This document shows, one piece after another, positions 17,552-28,928 of a stretch of DNA of 64,000 bases. Under the pieces are notes generated by a model. The model saw only the letters and a program-made list of their open reading frames with translations, was not told the origin of the DNA and made no database searches. Each line of letters opens with the position of its first letter. Position 1 is the first letter of the stretch. This DNA comes from a virus. Taxonomy: Duplodnaviria; Heunggongvirae; Uroviricota; Caudoviricetes. Both the position numbers and the translations under genes were made by a program. The stretch lies in the IMG/VR virus record IMGVR_UViG_2861079508_000001; one strand, written 5' to 3'.

Positions 17552-20500
17552 TTACAGAAGGCCAATTCTTACTCGTAGGACGTTGTTATCGTCATAAACG
17601 TCAATCCGCTGACCATTTATGACCAGTCGCCCATTACCCCCGCTATTACCGTTGATCTCAAGCGTTCCATTTTTGCCGAACCGCCATCCAGATCTACCGC
17701 TAACAAAATTGGTAGATTGCAGATCGCCTACTTTTGCATTGGTGATTGTGCCATCCTTGATATACGCACCATTCATATAGGCGATACTGTTTTCGATAAC
17801 AAATGGCGTGGTGATCTTCCCGTTAACAGAGTTGACCAAACCAAACCTGTCAGCCTGCACCAAAAACTGAGAAAGGCCAGTGGTGTCGATACCAAGCGCA
17901 ATACCAGCAACATACTTCTGCCCTCCGCTCGTTGAAGTTTCCATTTTCAACGTCCACGCGGTTGACACTTTTTTGTTGGTATCAGCAATAGCTGTTGCCT
18001 GCTGTTGAATTGTCGCGGTATTTCCATCCACCTCTGCTTTCAGAGTATCGATTCGCCCACTCAGAGCATTATCTGCCTGCGTTCTCGCTGTCGTTTCAGT
18101 TGTTACCGCCGCGGAAATGTTGGCTGCCGTTTGAGACTCTAAGTTTGTGATTTGAGTCGCCAATGCAGCATCTTGCTCTGTACGCGTTTTCGTTTCGGTT
18201 GCTACAGCCGCTTTAATATCCTCTTTGTATTGAGAGGTCAGCTTGGTGATCTGAGACGACAACGCCGAGTCAGCATCAGTTCGAGCCTGCGTTTCAACTG
18301 CAACGGCCGCACTAATATCTTTCGCTGTCTGTGCTTTTAAACTTGAAACCTCTTTTGTTAAAGCGGTATCACCATCAGCACGAGCCGTTGTTTCTCTGGC
18401 AAGAGATGCCTCGAGATCATTAGCTTTTGCTGTAAGAGACGAAATCTGAGTGGACAATGCACTATCGGCATCAGTCCTTGCCTTTGTCTCTACAGCAACC
18501 GCTGCGGCAATATCAGTTCCGGTTTGTGCTCGCAGGCTGTTAATTTCTCGTGAGAGCGCCTGGTCAGCACTTGCTCTGGCCTCCTGCTCCTGAGTGATGG
18601 CAGCGGATATATCACCGTCAACCTTTGACTGAAGCTGGTTTATTTGTTTGGCTAACGCAGAGTCCCCGCTTGCTCGGGCCTCCTGCTCACTACGTATTGC
18701 AGCAGAAATATCATCATCAACCTTTGCCTGAAGTTGGGTGATCTGGCTTGCCAGAGCCGAATCTTCCGTTGCTCGGGCTTCTTGCTCTTCCTTAATAGCT
18801 GCGACGATATCGTTGCTTACTTTCGACTCAAGCTGAGTGATCTGTGTCGTCAGAGCTTCATCGGCAGATGTGCGAGCCTCCTGCTCTGTACTAATCGCCG
18901 CGCTGATATCTCCTTCAAACTTAGATTGCAGCTGAGTGACACGCTTTGCCAACGCTTCATCGCCATCGGCACGAGCGGTGGACTCTTCCAGAATACTGGC
19001 CTTAATGTCTTCGCCAATTTCTACGCGAATTTCCTCAACCTTCGTGGCCATTGCAGACATATCATCAGCAAAGGTTTTCTGTGTTGTTGCGATCTTCGCG
19101 TTATTGACCATCTGCTTGTGCTGGTCTTCATCTTGACGAAGAGCTAGGTCAATATTTGTTTTGGCTAACGCCTCAATGTTCGTAGTCAGTTCTGCACTGG
19201 CACGATCGACCTCTGCAACCGTCTTTTTCATTTCTTCAACGGCAGCGGAGCTTTCCTCTACCGTTGACTGCAACACTTCCAGTTGTTTAGCGTTTGCAGC
19301 ATCGCCTTCAACACGAGCCTCGCTTTCCTTAGCAATAAGAGCCGCCGCTTCATCTCTTGCAGCCTTTATTGCCTCGACTGTATTAGCGAGAGCTTTATCG
19401 TGTTCAGATACGGTGTTTTCGATTTCAACAATTGCAGCATCAGTAGCATCAATTTTTTCAAACGCTTCATTGACCTTGTCGATCGTTGCCGAAACCTCAC
19501 CTTTAAGCTCGGTTTGTGCGTTCTCCAAAGCATCGCTACGCTCGTTGAATTTTATTTCAAAACCCGCGAGGTTATCGCTGAACTGCTTATCTAATTCAGC
19601 TATATCTTCCTTAACGTCGTTTACCGACCCCTCCAAAGATTCGACGCTCTGGTTGATATGCTCATTTAACTCGTCAACTGCTTCTTGAGAGGCTTTGCTG
19701 TTGATGTCCTCAAGCAGAGCCTGACCAAGCTCGGAAGATGTAATTTTGCCAGCCAGGAACGACAGTACATCGCGAGTTGTCGCCTCTGTACCCAAGTTTG
19801 AGTTCGGAGGGCTTAACATACCTCGCTTGTTCGATGCTCGAACCCAGTAATACCACGTTTCGCTATCCCCAAGACCAGCATGTGTAAAGGTGGTGCTTGC
19901 AGACTCTGCGATCAGTTTCGCCGTATCCAGATTGTTGGTCTGGGATGCGTAAACATTAATGTGATCAAGGTCTACCGAATCTGGATTAACCCAATTCAGT
20001 ATCACATTACGATAGTCTCCAACGGCCGTTAATGACGTTGGTGCATCCGGCGGTGTCATTGTGCCCAGCACCTGATAAACGGTACTGATAATTTCTGTTT
20101 TTTTACCGTTGAATGAAACCGCATACAGTTGGAAGTCGTAGCGTCCATTCTCCGCGACATTAACGATTTCGTATTGTTCTTCGGTTACACGCGCCGATTG
20201 CCAGTTCGATACATTGTTTTCATCAGAACGTCGCCAACTGATCCAATACTCTGGAGATTTCCCTTCCCATGTTGCAGTCAGTTTTACTGACAGGTTGCCC
20301 GGGCTTGAGAGGTAAGTCCCTTCAGTGATTTGCAAATTAGACGGCTTGGAGTAAGTCGGGTCCAATACCGTCGTATTCTGCGGGATAAGCGTTGCACCAT
20401 TGTCGATCGCCTCATATTTAGACGGATTGTTTTCAACAGCGGTGATGTCAAAGCTACCCGACGTTTCCCCCTGAGCGATGTTAACGATGCGAACGCGCAT

Positions 20501-22270
20501 AGGTTCGAGATCTGGTTCTGTAATTGTCCAGACACCGTTCAAAACAGGCGTTTCCGCTGACGACAGAGCTTTTGAAAACGTAACCTTTGTTATGTTTTCG
20601 CCAGTTTCAAGAACATCGCGCTCAACGATTTTGCCTTCCTGATTCAATATCCGAATAAAGCTGCCGCTTTTAGCTAACGACACAGGCGCATCGAGAGTGA
20701 TGCTGTTTTTGGTAAACTCCACAATTCGACCGGAGTTACGTTTACCTGCACGATATTTGTTCTGAATCAGAACGGTTTCACCGGGCATCAGAAATGAGGC
20801 GTCTAAGCCGGCAGTAAATGTAATTACATCCGACTCCATTCTGGCGGTATACAAAAGCCACAAACCAACTCGGTGAGCCTGGCCTCGGCTTGTACATCCA
20901 AATGCTACGACTTCTGTTTTACGCTCACCATAACGGCGCATTGCGTCCTGATCTTCAACGTACTCGATGTTTTGCTTATAACCGTCCTCCTTGTTGTTGT
21001 AGGTTACGAGCGCAACGGATGGGCGATCTTTACGCGCAGAACCTTTATAGGTAAACAGTCCATCTTTGACGTTGGAGTTGGTAAACATCATTACTGGATC
21101 TGATGGGCTATCCTGCATGATGTTAACCATGCCACCAGCCCAAAACACCATGCCGCGGAATGCACCGGCAATATCCTGAATTAATCGGTATGCGTCTTGT
21201 CGACTGGTGATCTGCGTATTGATTGCAAAGCGTTTCTCTTTACCCCCAAAGCCATCATCGACCTCTTCGTCACAATATCGACCAATCTGGTAGAGCTGGC
21301 CGAGGTCAATCATGGATTCCGACACAAATTGCCCAAGACCATACCGAGTATTGGTAAGCAAATCGTAGAGAATCCACGCAGGGTTTGAAGAAGACAACAG
21401 CTTAAAAGTACCGTCCCATACGCCGACATAAGTATTGGTGTATTCGTTGTCTCGGATTTTGATACCGCGCACCAAATACGAACGGGAAGGCATTGTGCTA
21501 CCAAACTGCTCTGAATTGACCTTCAAGCCAACAAGAGCAGAGTTAGGGTAGTTCATTGGCGTGTCGACAATCTCACCTATGGAATCAACCCATGTGTCGT
21601 TGTAGAGGTACTGGCTACTGTTATCATCTGTAAGACGAATCACCCTAACCTTGTATGCACGACCAGGCTTAGGTAGTTTCAGCTCATAGCTACGGTAATA
21701 CACGCCGGTTTTCTTTGCCGTTAGCGTGATATCAACGCTTTTCTCACCTTCTGCCACTACATCAGAAAATGTTGCGTCTCCGTTGGCGATCTGGAATTTG
21801 TACTTCACCGTAGTGCCATTTGTATCGCCAGAGCTTTTATCAACGCTACGTAAAGAGGGGAATTTCATGATGACACGAACGCGATCAGCTTCATCGTTAT
21901 CGATTGAAACCGTAACGTCGTGTGTTTTTTTAAGCTGAATATTTACGGACTTAGGCGTTTCGACAAAATCAAAACCAGCCATTGGCGTCTGGTCTTGTGA
22001 GCCGTCACGAAAATCCCATGTAATACCGCTGAAGTTGGAAGAGCCATCTTCATTCAAGATCGGTAAATCGTCGATGAAGATCGACTTTGCGCCATTTACC
22101 AGGCCACCGATAACCCCCTCGCCAAGAAGGTCGAGGATGGCTGCCATAGCACGAGAATTGACAGTATCATCAGCTTCAACCGGGGTACGGCTGGAGCTTT
22201 TACTTTTCTTGCCACCAGCACCGGCAATAAGAAGCGGTAATTTTTTCTTCTTGAACTGTTCCATGTCCAA
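17552..22270 (-). CDS. tail tip / host-specificity protein (lambda gpJ-like) with tandem coiled-coil repeat insertion
   Basis: 1572 aa; AFGCTSRGQAHRVGLWLL and KYVAGIALG...SQFLVQADRF match conserved gpJ blocks; ~12 tandem ~30-aa repeats (D.SAA...EQEARA..D.AL..QI..L..KV). Confidence 0.75.
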   Translation of the reverse strand: MDMEQFKKKKLPLLIAGAGGKKSKSSSRTPVEADDTVNSRAMAAILDLLGEGVIGGLVNGAKSIFIDDLPILNEDGSSNFSGITWDFRDGSQDQTPMAGFDFVETPKSVNIQLKKTHDVTVSIDNDEADRVRVIMKFPSLRSVDKSSGDTNGTTVKYKFQIANGDATFSDVVAEGEKSVDITLTAKKTGVYYRSYELKLPKPGRAYKVRVIRLTDDNSSQYLYNDTWVDSIGEIVDTPMNYPNSALVGLKVNSEQFGSTMPSRSYLVRGIKIRDNEYTNTYVGVWDGTFKLLSSSNPAWILYDLLTNTRYGLGQFVSESMIDLGQLYQIGRYCDEEVDDGFGGKEKRFAINTQITSRQDAYRLIQDIAGAFRGMVFWAGGMVNIMQDSPSDPVMMFTNSNVKDGLFTYKGSARKDRPSVALVTYNNKEDGYKQNIEYVEDQDAMRRYGERKTEVVAFGCTSRGQAHRVGLWLLYTARMESDVITFTAGLDASFLMPGETVLIQNKYRAGKRNSGRIVEFTKNSITLDAPVSLAKSGSFIRILNQEGKIVERDVLETGENITKVTFSKALSSAETPVLNGVWTITEPDLEPMRVRIVNIAQGETSGSFDITAVENNPSKYEAIDNGATLIPQNTTVLDPTYSKPSNLQITEGTYLSSPGNLSVKLTATWEGKSPEYWISWRRSDENNVSNWQSARVTEEQYEIVNVAENGRYDFQLYAVSFNGKKTEIISTVYQVLGTMTPPDAPTSLTAVGDYRNVILNWVNPDSVDLDHINVYASQTNNLDTAKLIAESASTTFTHAGLGDSETWYYWVRASNKRGMLSPPNSNLGTEATTRDVLSFLAGKITSSELGQALLEDINSKASQEAVDELNEHINQSVESLEGSVNDVKEDIAELDKQFSDNLAGFEIKFNERSDALENAQTELKGEVSATIDKVNEAFEKIDATDAAIVEIENTVSEHDKALANTVEAIKAARDEAAALIAKESEARVEGDAANAKQLEVLQSTVEESSAAVEEMKKTVAEVDRASAELTTNIEALAKTNIDLALRQDEDQHKQMVNNAKIATTQKTFADDMSAMATKVEEIRVEIGEDIKASILEESTARADGDEALAKRVTQLQSKFEGDISAAISTEQEARTSADEALTTQITQLESKVSNDIVAAIKEEQEARATEDSALASQITQLQAKVDDDISAAIRSEQEARASGDSALAKQINQLQSKVDGDISAAITQEQEARASADQALSREINSLRAQTGTDIAAAVAVETKARTDADSALSTQISSLTAKANDLEASLARETTARADGDTALTKEVSSLKAQTAKDISAAVAVETQARTDADSALSSQITKLTSQYKEDIKAAVATETKTRTEQDAALATQITNLESQTAANISAAVTTETTARTQADNALSGRIDTLKAEVDGNTATIQQQATAIADTNKKVSTAWTLKMETSTSGGQKYVAGIALGIDTTGLSQFLVQADRFGLVNSVNGKITTPFVIENSIAYMNGAYIKDGTITNAKVGDLQSTNFVSGRSGWRFGKNGTLEINGNSGGNGRLVINGQRIDVYDDNNVLRVRIGLL
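18000..18960 (-). repeat. tandem ~90-bp coding repeats inside gpJ-like gene
   Basis: Encode ~12 copies of a 30-aa coiled-coil unit. Confidence 0.6.
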
Positions 22271-22281
22271 AAAATCCTTGA

Positions 22282-22872
22282 TTACATAAGCTGGTCGATG
22301 GTGATAGAAGAACTCACGACCTGTGAGCCAACTAAAATTTCCTCGCCATAGATAAGCTGTACAGGGTTCCCCTGGTTTGTTGTGTTTTGAGGTCCATCAA
22401 AGTAATAAGAGTTCGAGTTATCCGCCTGCCTCACACTTTCGTTAGTGGCTTGCGGAGATATGATTTGCGCTATACCGCCCATCATCAGTGACAAACCGAG
22501 AGGCGCAAGAGCGGGCACCCATATCGAGGCAACCATTAATACTGCTCCAACAACCGTCTGAAACCATCCAAAAGCAGATCCACCACTTCCTCGCGGAACA
22601 GGGGTAATGCGGATTTTTGCAATATTGTCAGACTGCCCCATCATCTGATATTCACTCTCGTCCACAGACCACTTGTGGCCCTGTTTATTGGTGATCTGGA
22701 TGTGGTATCTGTCATAGGTTTTGATATTGCGCTTCATCCATGCTTTAAACCCAGGCTTGTTGGCCTCAATTAAATCCAGAGCCTGTTTTGTATTACGCAC
22801 CTTTAGATGCCAGTGGCGGCCAAAATGTTTGGCCATAGGGCCGCCAAGCTGCACATGAACTAACTCAGACAC
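22282..22872 (-). CDS. tail assembly protein (gpI-like)
   Basis: 196 aa with C-terminal hydrophobic region; position between K-like and J-like genes. Confidence 0.5.
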   Translation of the reverse strand: MSELVHVQLGGPMAKHFGRHWHLKVRNTKQALDLIEANKPGFKAWMKRNIKTYDRYHIQITNKQGHKWSVDESEYQMMGQSDNIAKIRITPVPRGSGGSAFGWFQTVVGAVLMVASIWVPALAPLGLSLMMGGIAQIISPQATNESVRQADNSNSYYFDGPQNTTNQGNPVQLIYGEEILVGSQVVSSSITIDQLM

Positions 22873-23684
22873 GTCTCATCTCCCTTGAGCAAGTCTCTGT
22901 GACGCAAGTGATGCGTCGTATGTTTCTGATACATTCCGCCGTAATAAGCACGACAACTTAGGCGGTCGATCTGGTGATGAAGAATCATTCCATCGCCGAT
23001 ATAAACCGCGCAGTGGTCAGGCATTTTCCCGTATTGGATAAAGAATACGTCCCCACGTTGAGGCTCTGTTCCGGGCGCAAGACGCACCAATCCCTCGTTA
23101 CGGTAGTTCTGATCGAGAATGTCGTTATCGCCGGTGTACCACGATGGAATATGCAGGTGTGCGTTCGGGTTTAGTTCGACGTTAAACTCACGCTTCAAAT
23201 AGTCCCGACACAACATCCAGCAATCAAATACGCCAAATACATACGGTCTGCCCAGGTATGGCATTTCGAAACCATCAGGTGTGATCACATTCATCTCGCT
23301 AAAATGGAAAGGGGCATCTCCCTCAACATTCTTGCGAATAGCCAGAATCATCCACGGAACTTCCGTCGCTTCGCAGCCTGCACGATCGGCATCAGATGCT
23401 TCTGCTGATTCATCAGTATGTGAATGCCAGATTGCGATAACATCACCCGCATCCTCTGCCGCCATAATGTCGTCAACGTGCATTACAAAAGTGTTCTGCG
23501 GGTTCTCCGAAACATTCCGCGCTTCCATAAAGCGATATTTGTCGCCATTAGTTCTAACCAGAAAGCCACACGCTTCATTAGGGTAGCGATTTATGGCGCA
23601 GAGATAGATTTGCTGCATAACGTCAGAGCCAAGCTCAGGGATTGCTTTATTACCCATACCGCGTAGCTCCAATAAATCCGCCAA
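22860..23684 (-). CDS. tail assembly protein (gpK-like; MPN/JAMM + NlpC/P60-like)
   Basis: JAMM motif HSHTDESAEASDAD (H-x-H-x7-S-x2-D) followed by Cys-containing C-terminal domain; gene order M-L-K-I-J. Confidence 0.65.
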   Translation of the reverse strand: MADLLELRGMGNKAIPELGSDVMQQIYLCAINRYPNEACGFLVRTNGDKYRFMEARNVSENPQNTFVMHVDDIMAAEDAGDVIAIWHSHTDESAEASDADRAGCEATEVPWMILAIRKNVEGDAPFHFSEMNVITPDGFEMPYLGRPYVFGVFDCWMLCRDYLKREFNVELNPNAHLHIPSWYTGDNDILDQNYRNEGLVRLAPGTEPQRGDVFFIQYGKMPDHCAVYIGDGMILHHQIDRLSCRAYYGGMYQKHTTHHLRHRDLLKGDETCLS

Positions 23685-24381
23685 AATGGATCACACCGTC
23701 GGCAAAATAATTCCGACGCGCATTACAGGCGTCATAACGTTTTGTGCAGTAATCCGCACCAGACATAGACGTCTGCTGGTTATTTTTGTCGAAATATGGA
23801 CCGGTATAGCCGCATTCTGGCCCTCGGTATTTCCACGGGCAGGTGTTTTTAATGATCTGACGATACGGCAGTTGCACCCCCATCAAATCGAACACACTGG
23901 ACAATTCAAACTCGACAACCTGATGAGTTTCGAGAGTTTTCTGTTCGATAAACCACATTTCATCCGGGAAATGTTGGTTTGGATCTGCTGTTGGGTTGCC
24001 GTCTTTAAAATTAACGGCATCGAGGAAGCGAGCCAGCGTCATCTTGCGAATAATGCGGCAGCCAACAAGATCGTCGTTCGCCTGAACTTCCGCAGAGACG
24101 GTTCCGGCAAAGTTCGATACCTGAATTTTTGGACGTGGCAACGTTCCCTGGCCCGTTTTGTCAAAGCCTGATGCTTTTATTGGCCACGGCTCGTATGTCA
24201 CTCCTTGCCAGACGACCGGTTGCATCAGTTCGTTTGTTCCGGCGTGGAAGAATAGCTTCCCCCCTGAAGTTGTGTTCGACATATCCAGTACGAACAACTC
24301 AATGAGTGCAGAGGGAGATAAGCTCTGAATATCAGCTTTAATTCCCATTGTTTCATCCTTGAAATAAGTAGGCGCTAACAT
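23650..24381 (-). CDS. minor tail protein (gpL-like)
   Basis: 243 aa; position and size in conserved tail-tip gene order; Cys cluster near C-terminus. Confidence 0.5.
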   Translation of the reverse strand: MLAPTYFKDETMGIKADIQSLSPSALIELFVLDMSNTTSGGKLFFHAGTNELMQPVVWQGVTYEPWPIKASGFDKTGQGTLPRPKIQVSNFAGTVSAEVQANDDLVGCRIIRKMTLARFLDAVNFKDGNPTADPNQHFPDEMWFIEQKTLETHQVVEFELSSVFDLMGVQLPYRQIIKNTCPWKYRGPECGYTGPYFDKNNQQTSMSGADYCTKRYDACNARRNYFADGVIHFGGFIGATRYG

Positions 24382-24398
24382 CCTGTCAGCGCCACAAT

Positions 24399-24424
24399 GA
24401 TAGTAAATCAGTACTTACTTATCC
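24399..24424 (-). promoter_or_regulatory. motif 2 element
   Basis: GATAGTAAATCAGTACTTACTTATCC upstream of gpL-like gene. Confidence 0.45.
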
Positions 24425-24430
24425 AGATGC

Positions 24431-24766
24431 TTAAGCCTCAAATACTTGTCTGAATGTAGCAGTTAAGACACAGTACCCCTGATATCGCTTGACCGTATGA
24501 CTGTCACATACAACTACAATCTGCTTGCCTCTTGGATTAACCCAATAGAACGATTCAACGCCTGATCGCTCAGTCAGGAAGTCATCGATTGCATTAATTT
24601 CGTTGTATGATCTGGTAAAGGTTAACGACCATTCTTCTTTAATACGATTAAGACCTTGAGCCTGTCGCTGCTCGTAGTCATCACCAAAATTAAGTACCGT
24701 TACATTCGGTTTTACGCTTTTTTCAGATTCGTAATCTGGATACCAATTAAACGTTTGTCTTTCCAT
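24431..24766 (-). CDS. minor tail protein (gpM-like)
   Basis: 111 aa; position directly downstream of tape measure gene. Confidence 0.45.
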   Translation of the reverse strand: MERQTFNWYPDYESEKSVKPNVTVLNFGDDYEQRQAQGLNRIKEEWSLTFTRSYNEINAIDDFLTERSGVESFYWVNPRGKQIVVVCDSHTVKRYQGYCVLTATFRQVFEA

Positions 24767-24808
24767 CTCACATCCTTGTGAGACTGCCCCGGTCGGGGCA
24801 GTCGATAG

Positions 24809-27800
24809 TTAGTTACGTTGAGTGTTTGGGTTGAGAGATCCGCCAGGGCGTTTCTCTTGAGCGATAGTCTCAAGCGCGATTGCTTTCATCCGTTGAGCGG
24901 CATTGTTCCATATGCTTTCTGTATCGCCGGATTCAGTTGTGCTACCGTCACTATGGACGTTGATCTCAATTGATACCGGAGAAAGAACATTTCCTCCTCC
25001 ACTCATACCATCGGTACTGAGCGTTACAGGGATTGTTCGACCATCAGGCAATGGAACATACGCCTCATTCATATCGCCTTCCCCAAACAACGCCAATTGA
25101 GGTGAGTTGGCGATACCGCCTTTCTGGTATGCCCGGAGCGGGATCACGCCGTCTTTTCCGAATATGCCACCATTTGCAAACTTCGGAATTGCAGGAATAC
25201 CATTCGTGCCATCGGCAGCAGAACTGGTCAGATTGTTGAACCCGGAAGTTGAGCCAGAAGAACCGGACATCAATCCATCGAATCCACCACCAGCCCATAC
25301 TGAAACCAAACCAGATGCAACTGTCGCGCCGAAATTCAACCACTTATTACCAGAGCCGGAAGCATTAGCTCCAAGCATTGCAAACGCGGCAGACAGAGCG
25401 CCGGTAACAGAGCTGAGGTTCTGCATCGAGAAGATGGAGTCCTTCACTGCTTTTGTCTCAGCATCTTTGGCTTCGGTGCTATCAAATAGCCCCGATACCC
25501 AGCTACCAATCGCATTTGTTGCTGTGCCAATTGCGCTGGTGGTCTGCTGTGTTGTTTGCCCCAATCCAGTTACCGAACTGGACGTCTCCTTCGTGGCTTC
25601 TCCTACCGACTTGTCGCCATTAACAGTGTTGCCCATTCGTACACCTTGATTGGCAACGGCAGAAGCAACTCCAGTGAGCAAATTGCCACTCTGTGAACTA
25701 CCAGCTGCGGTGGTTCCCATCCCCAACATGTTCATTAGAGGCAGCGTGATTTGCGACTTCACGACCATATTGGTGATATCTTTCAAAATGGACTGAGATA
25801 GGCTGGAGAAGCTCATCTTCCCGTTAATAACGAAATCAGTCAGGACATCAGTTAAGCCACTAAACAAATCAGTCCAGGTGCTTTCGATCTGCTCTGCCAA
25901 GTTTTCGTATTCCAGTGCCAACTTCTGCGTCGCAGTCCCCGTCTCTTTAATAAGCGCGGTATTGCCAGCAGCAATCAGTTGATTGATTTTCTTTGTATAA
26001 AGCGCCACAACTTTAGGATCAGACGCCTTATCACGAAGTTCTATCAACGCTTTGAGATTGCGGTTGTAGGTGTCTTCGAAATCGGCAACTTTCTCTTCGC
26101 GAGACGGCGTATAGCCAGCACTAATAATGGAATCCGCCTCCGGTGCCCAAGTGGAGATCATCTGCTCAACATTGCGGCGATTAAACATCTCACGATATTC
26201 AGGTGTCGCATTTTTGAGGTCTTCAAGACGTTTTTTCGCCTTGTCGATCATCTCTTGAGTGATGAACTCGTTAGGAACCGCATTAGCCAAATCTGTCAGC
26301 GATTTCGTTGTATCGCGAAGAGACTGATCAAACGATACCGTAGCCTTAGAGCTTTCACCCATTTGCCCCATAAGCTGATCGGCTTTGTCCAGAGCCTTCT
26401 GGTATCCGGCTGCCAGTTTCTGTTGCGCTGCCTGTTCCTTCTTGGCCGCACGCTGCGAGGCGTTAGCTGATCGTTGGGCTGCTTTCTCGGCAGCTGCTGC
26501 ATCCTGTTCACGAGCTTTAGTTAGTGCAGCAATGGCTGCGGCACGCTCTTCATCGCTCATTTTCTCCAGAGAGCTGGCGCTGGATGCTTTCTGCAAATTA
26601 AGCTGCGTCTTGAGTTGTTTAGGCCCAATAATCGGCTTACCTTCGAAGTCCATCATCGGAGTGCCGTCAGGCAAAGTACGCTGATAAGTCGCAGAATTCA
26701 TCTGGTTTCGCATATATTGCGCCAACGCCTTCTGAGCAGCTTTATCAGTTGTACCTAACCCAAGAACAGTCCCCTGGTTTGACATTACGCCCTTACCAGT
26801 TTTGGCCGCGTTATCTCTCTCGAACTCTGCCTGAGTAAGTTCCTGAGCAACGGCTTCCAAATGCTCCTGATAACCACGAATACTGCCTTGCAGTTTCTGG
26901 ATTTGCTCGGTATTGCCATCCTTTTTGGCTTTTTCAAGCTGATCATTAAGAGTCGCGATTTGCTTCTCGGTCGCATTCTTACGAGAAGAAAGTGAATCAA
27001 CCAGTTTTTGCGCAGGCTCCAGATAGCTTTTGTTTACCGTTTCACGTAACGGTGCCAATAGCTTGTTCTTTTCGTCATCTGAAAGTGAACCGTCATCATT
27101 GATTTTCTGGATCTTATCCAGAGCCTCCTGCCGGGCTTTCACGAATGTTGCCGCGAAAATCTGGTTTTCCGCTCGAATTTTCTCAATCTGAGATTCGGCA
27201 GCCTCTTTAGCCAAACGCTTTGCTACAGCGCCGTCACCAAGAGCTATCGTGCCGGTTATCTTTTGATACTCTTCCTGATTTTTTTTCAGGCGTGCTTCGA
27301 TGTCAGCCTTCGACTCTTTGTGAGTAATAACACCGGCAGAGTTAGATACGTAATTAACACCCTCACCAGTTTTTAATGCTCGTTGATCAGCAAGAATCTG
27401 CTTTTCGAGCTTTTCTGCGCGGTCGGCCATTTGTGCACGTTTGGCCGCCGTCATCGCCTCTGGTATTTTCCTAATCTCGTCAACGACCTTTGAAGTTTCG
27501 CTGCGGAGCATGGTCATGTACGTGATTAGGCCAGCAACAGCTACAGTGGCAACTGTAAATGCTGCCCCTATAGGGTTTGCTGCAATGAACGCCGTTAATC
27601 CAGCAAAAGCGCCTTTAAGCCCCGTAATCGCCCCACGGATGGCGAAAATAAGAGAGGGGATCGGAGCCAGCCCCATACGTGCCGCACGATTGAATCGGGT
27701 TACTGCTGTAGCGCCGAGGTTAAATGGAGTCTGTATGGCGGTCGCCATCGTGGCAAAGGTGCTAACCATCTGGCTGCCTGCGCCAACTACCCCCATGATC

Positions 27801-28547
27801 CCTGCTCGCATCAGTTTGAACGCAACCATCGCGGCCACGACCTTACCGAGATTAATTACCAGCTCTTGGTTCTTTGCTAACCATTGAGCAAGCTGACGCA
27901 ACCCATCAATTGCCGTCGTTAACCCCGAGCCTAAAGAATTGGCAAACGAAATCCCTTCGGCGCTATTCATGATTGAAGCCAGTTCTTTCATCCCCTTCGA
28001 TAGAGAATCCAGATATCCGGCCTGACCAACCCGATCAGCAAATAACGTGAATGACGTCTGAAGTTGCGCCAGCGCACCTGTGTAGGTTTGCATCATGTCT
28101 TTCGCTGCGTTCTCATTCTCCGCACGCAGACCAACAAACATCAGAGACAACGCCTGTTTTGCCTCAACCGTACCGCTGGCAACGGCTTTAGTCAGTTCCC
28201 CCATAGTGATGCCTGCGGCGTCTGCCATTGCCTGCATCGCGTTAGGAACGGCTTCACCTAATTGCTGACGTAGCTCTTCCATTGACACAACGCCCTTACC
28301 GGACATCTGCTGAACGGCCACAGCCGCACGTTTCAACAGCTCACTATCACCACCAAAACGAGCAACGGAGTCCACCAGCGCCTTCAGAGAACCATCGGTT
28401 GGATCTAAGCCAGCAGAACGAAACTTCACGAAGGAATCTGTTAACGCCTGCATCGCGAACGGCGCATTTTGCGCCATGTCTACGATGTACTTCATATCAT
28501 CAGCGGCAGCCTGGCCAGGGTTGGACTTCTCCTTATTCAACCCTCGA
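24809..28547 (-). pseudogene. tape measure protein, 3' portion (gene interrupted by IS insertion)
   Basis: Long mostly helical ORF (1243 aa from an internal TTG) downstream of chaperone genes; reading frame is continuous with the 29858..30714 fragment once the IS and one TSD copy are removed. Confidence 0.7.
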
Positions 28548-28601
28548 TGAACCGCCCCGGGAATCCTGGAGACTAAACTCCCTGAGAAAGAGGTAAACAG
28601 G

Positions 28602-28928
28602 ATGACTAAAAATACTCGTTTTTCCCCCGAAGTCCGTCAGAGGGCGATTCGTATGGTTCTGGAAAGTCAGGGCGAATATGACTCACAGTGGGCGGCAATT
28701 TGTTCCATTGCCCCAAAGATTGGCTGTACACCGGAGACTCTGCGTGTCTGGGTACGCCAGCATGAGCGGGATACCGGAGGCGGTGATGGCGGGCTCACCA
28801 CCGCTGAACGTCAGCGTCTGAAAGAGCTGGAACGTGAAAATCGTGAACTGCGCCGCAGTAACGATATCCTTCGCCAGGCTTCCGCTTATTTTGCGAAGGC
28901 GGAGTTCGACCGCCTCTGGAAAAAATGA
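28602..28928 (+). CDS. IS3-family transposase OrfA (HTH/leucine-zipper part)
   Basis: 108 aa [23 protein letters not shown]...; I recognise this as the IS629/IS3-group OrfA; ends at an A-run slippery site. Confidence 0.8.
   Translation: MTKNTRFSPEVRQRAIRMVLESQGEYDSQWAAICSIAPKIGCTPETLRVWVRQHERDTGGGDGGLTTAERQRLKELERENRELRRSNDILRQASAYFAKAEFDRLWKK

Noticed and set aside
24809-28540. Numerous antisense ORFs of 60-180 aa within the tape measure and gpJ-like genes
   Set aside because: All lie opposite long, well-supported structural genes and lack independent signals.
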